The position numbers and the translations under genes are program-made. A model generated the notes under the pieces. It was not told where the DNA came from. It ran no database searches and saw only the letters and a list, made by a program, of their open reading frames with translations. Positions 62,958 to 64,000 of a DNA stretch of 64,000 nucleotides are shown piece after piece. This stretch comes from an uncultured Methylomirabilota bacterium (lineage in GTDB: Bacteria; Methylomirabilota; Methylomirabilia; Methylomirabilales; 2-02-FULL-66-22), in assembly GCA_963705305.1 (NCBI GenBank), contig OY970067.1, positions 2,944,001 to 3,008,000 on the forward strand, in the 5' to 3' direction. The first letter of the stretch is position 1. Each line of letters begins with the position of its first letter.

Positions 62958-63082
62958 GTAATTGTGACAGGATCAAGGATGTATTGAGAAAAACGCTCTA
63001 ACATTCTTTTCTGAAAGGACTTATCGCAACCTTAGATTTTTTGTGCAATGTGCATAAGGAATTGAGCGACGGTGGGTTTGGC

Positions 63083-64000
63083 CTAAGGGGTGGGAACATG
63101 CTGGCGGGATTCGATACCGAGACGTTGGAGCTTCCAGAGCAGGGTGTTTCGATGCAAGCCGAGGACGCGGGCGGCCTCGCTTTGGTTCCACTGAACCTTC
63201 TCCAGGATGCTGAGGATGTATTGCCGCTCGAAGTGATTCCTGGCCTCGCGCAGGCTGAGCCCATTCTTCTGGGTCCGCTCGATCACGTCGTGGCCCAGAA
63301 TGGAGAGGTCCAGGGGGAGCTCTCGCAGAGAGATGGTCTCGCTCTGCGCCAGGGCCACCGCCCGCTCGATGACATTCTCCAGCTCGCGGACGTTGCCGGG
63401 CCAGTCGTATTGGTAGAGGGCCGCCGTGGCCCCGGCGGAAAAACCCCGGACGTGGCGATTGAATTCCCGGTTGTATTTGGCGATGAAGTGCTCGACCAGG
63501 AGCGGGATGTCGTCCCGGCGATGGCGCAGCGGGGGCAGGGTGATGGGGATGACATTCAACCGGTAGTACAGATCCTCCCGGAAGCTCCCCTCCTCCACGG
63601 CCTTCTTCAGGTCCCGGTTGGTGGCGGCGATGACCCGGACGTCGATCTTGATGGTCCGGGTCCCCCCCACCCGCTCGATCTCCCGCTCCTGGAGGGCGCG
63701 GAGGATCTTCGCCTGGAGGTCCAGGCGCATGGAGCCCACCTCGTCCAGGAACAGGCTCCCCCCGGTGGCGAGCTCGAACTTCCCCACCTTGGTGGCGATG
63801 GCCCCGGTGAAGGCCCCCTTCTCATGGCCGAACAGCTCCGACTCCAGGAGCTCGGAGGGGATGGCGGCGCAGTTGACGGCGACGAACAGCCGCTGGGCGC
63901 GGTGGCTCTGCTGGTGGATGGCGCGCGCCAGCACCTCTTTGCCGGTGCCGCTCTCGCCGCTGAGCAGGATCGTGGCGTTGTTGTCGGCGATACGGGAGAT
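63083..64000 (-). CDS. Sigma54-dependent NtrC-type activator (5'-truncated by window edge)
   Basis: GESGTGKE (frame open to the edge), [25 protein letters not shown], Fis [11 protein letters not shown]. Confidence 0.95.
   Translation of the reverse strand: MSRIADNNATILLSGESGTGKEVLARAIHQQSHRAQRLFVAVNCAAIPSELLESELFGHEKGAFTGAIATKVGKFELATGGSLFLDEVGSMRLDLQAKILRALQEREIERVGGTRTIKIDVRVIAATNRDLKKAVEEGSFREDLYYRLNVIPITLPPLRHRRDDIPLLVEHFIAKYNREFNRHVRGFSAGATAALYQYDWPGNVRELENVIERAVALAQSETISLRELPLDLSILGHDVIERTQKNGLSLREARNHFERQYILSILEKVQWNQSEAARVLGLHRNTLLWKLQRLGIESRQHVPTP

Overview
A GC-rich bacterial chromosome segment; gene content and interspersed repeats loosely suggest Methylomirabilota (NC10/Rokubacteria) or a deltaproteobacteria-like anaerobe, and taxonomy is not provable here. 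Housekeeping genes: secA (3' part), PPi-type pfk, a glpX homolog, hisS-aspS, mtgA, xerD, dtd, an mltD-like gene, cutA, an htrA-like gene, dnaK-hsp20-hsp20-dnaJ-hspR-htpX, proC-yggT-divIVA-DUF167 and thrB. Metabolic genes: aldehyde:ferredoxin oxidoreductase plus a MoaD-like protein, an acyl-CoA synthetase, and a glycyl radical enzyme/activase/Ldh2 operon. An accessory patch at about 10-16 kb carries a decayed PaeR7I-like R-M system, a UPF0158 pseudogene, repeats and an IS630. Other mobile DNA: two apparently identical 1520-bp IS1380-family copies, a cognate 150-bp MITE and an IS1202-family remnant. The most notable finding is at the right end: a 40-codon Phr-like secreted-peptide gene absent from the ORF track, with its own sigma54 promoter, RBS and terminator. 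It lies between an NtrC-type activator and an orphan peptide-binding protein/histidine kinase pair, making a candidate peptide quorum-sensing circuit in a diderm. Also notable: both IS1380 copies sit exactly 9 nt upstream of a host -35 box and carry an internal sigma54-type promoter. Several small frameshifts may be assembly errors.
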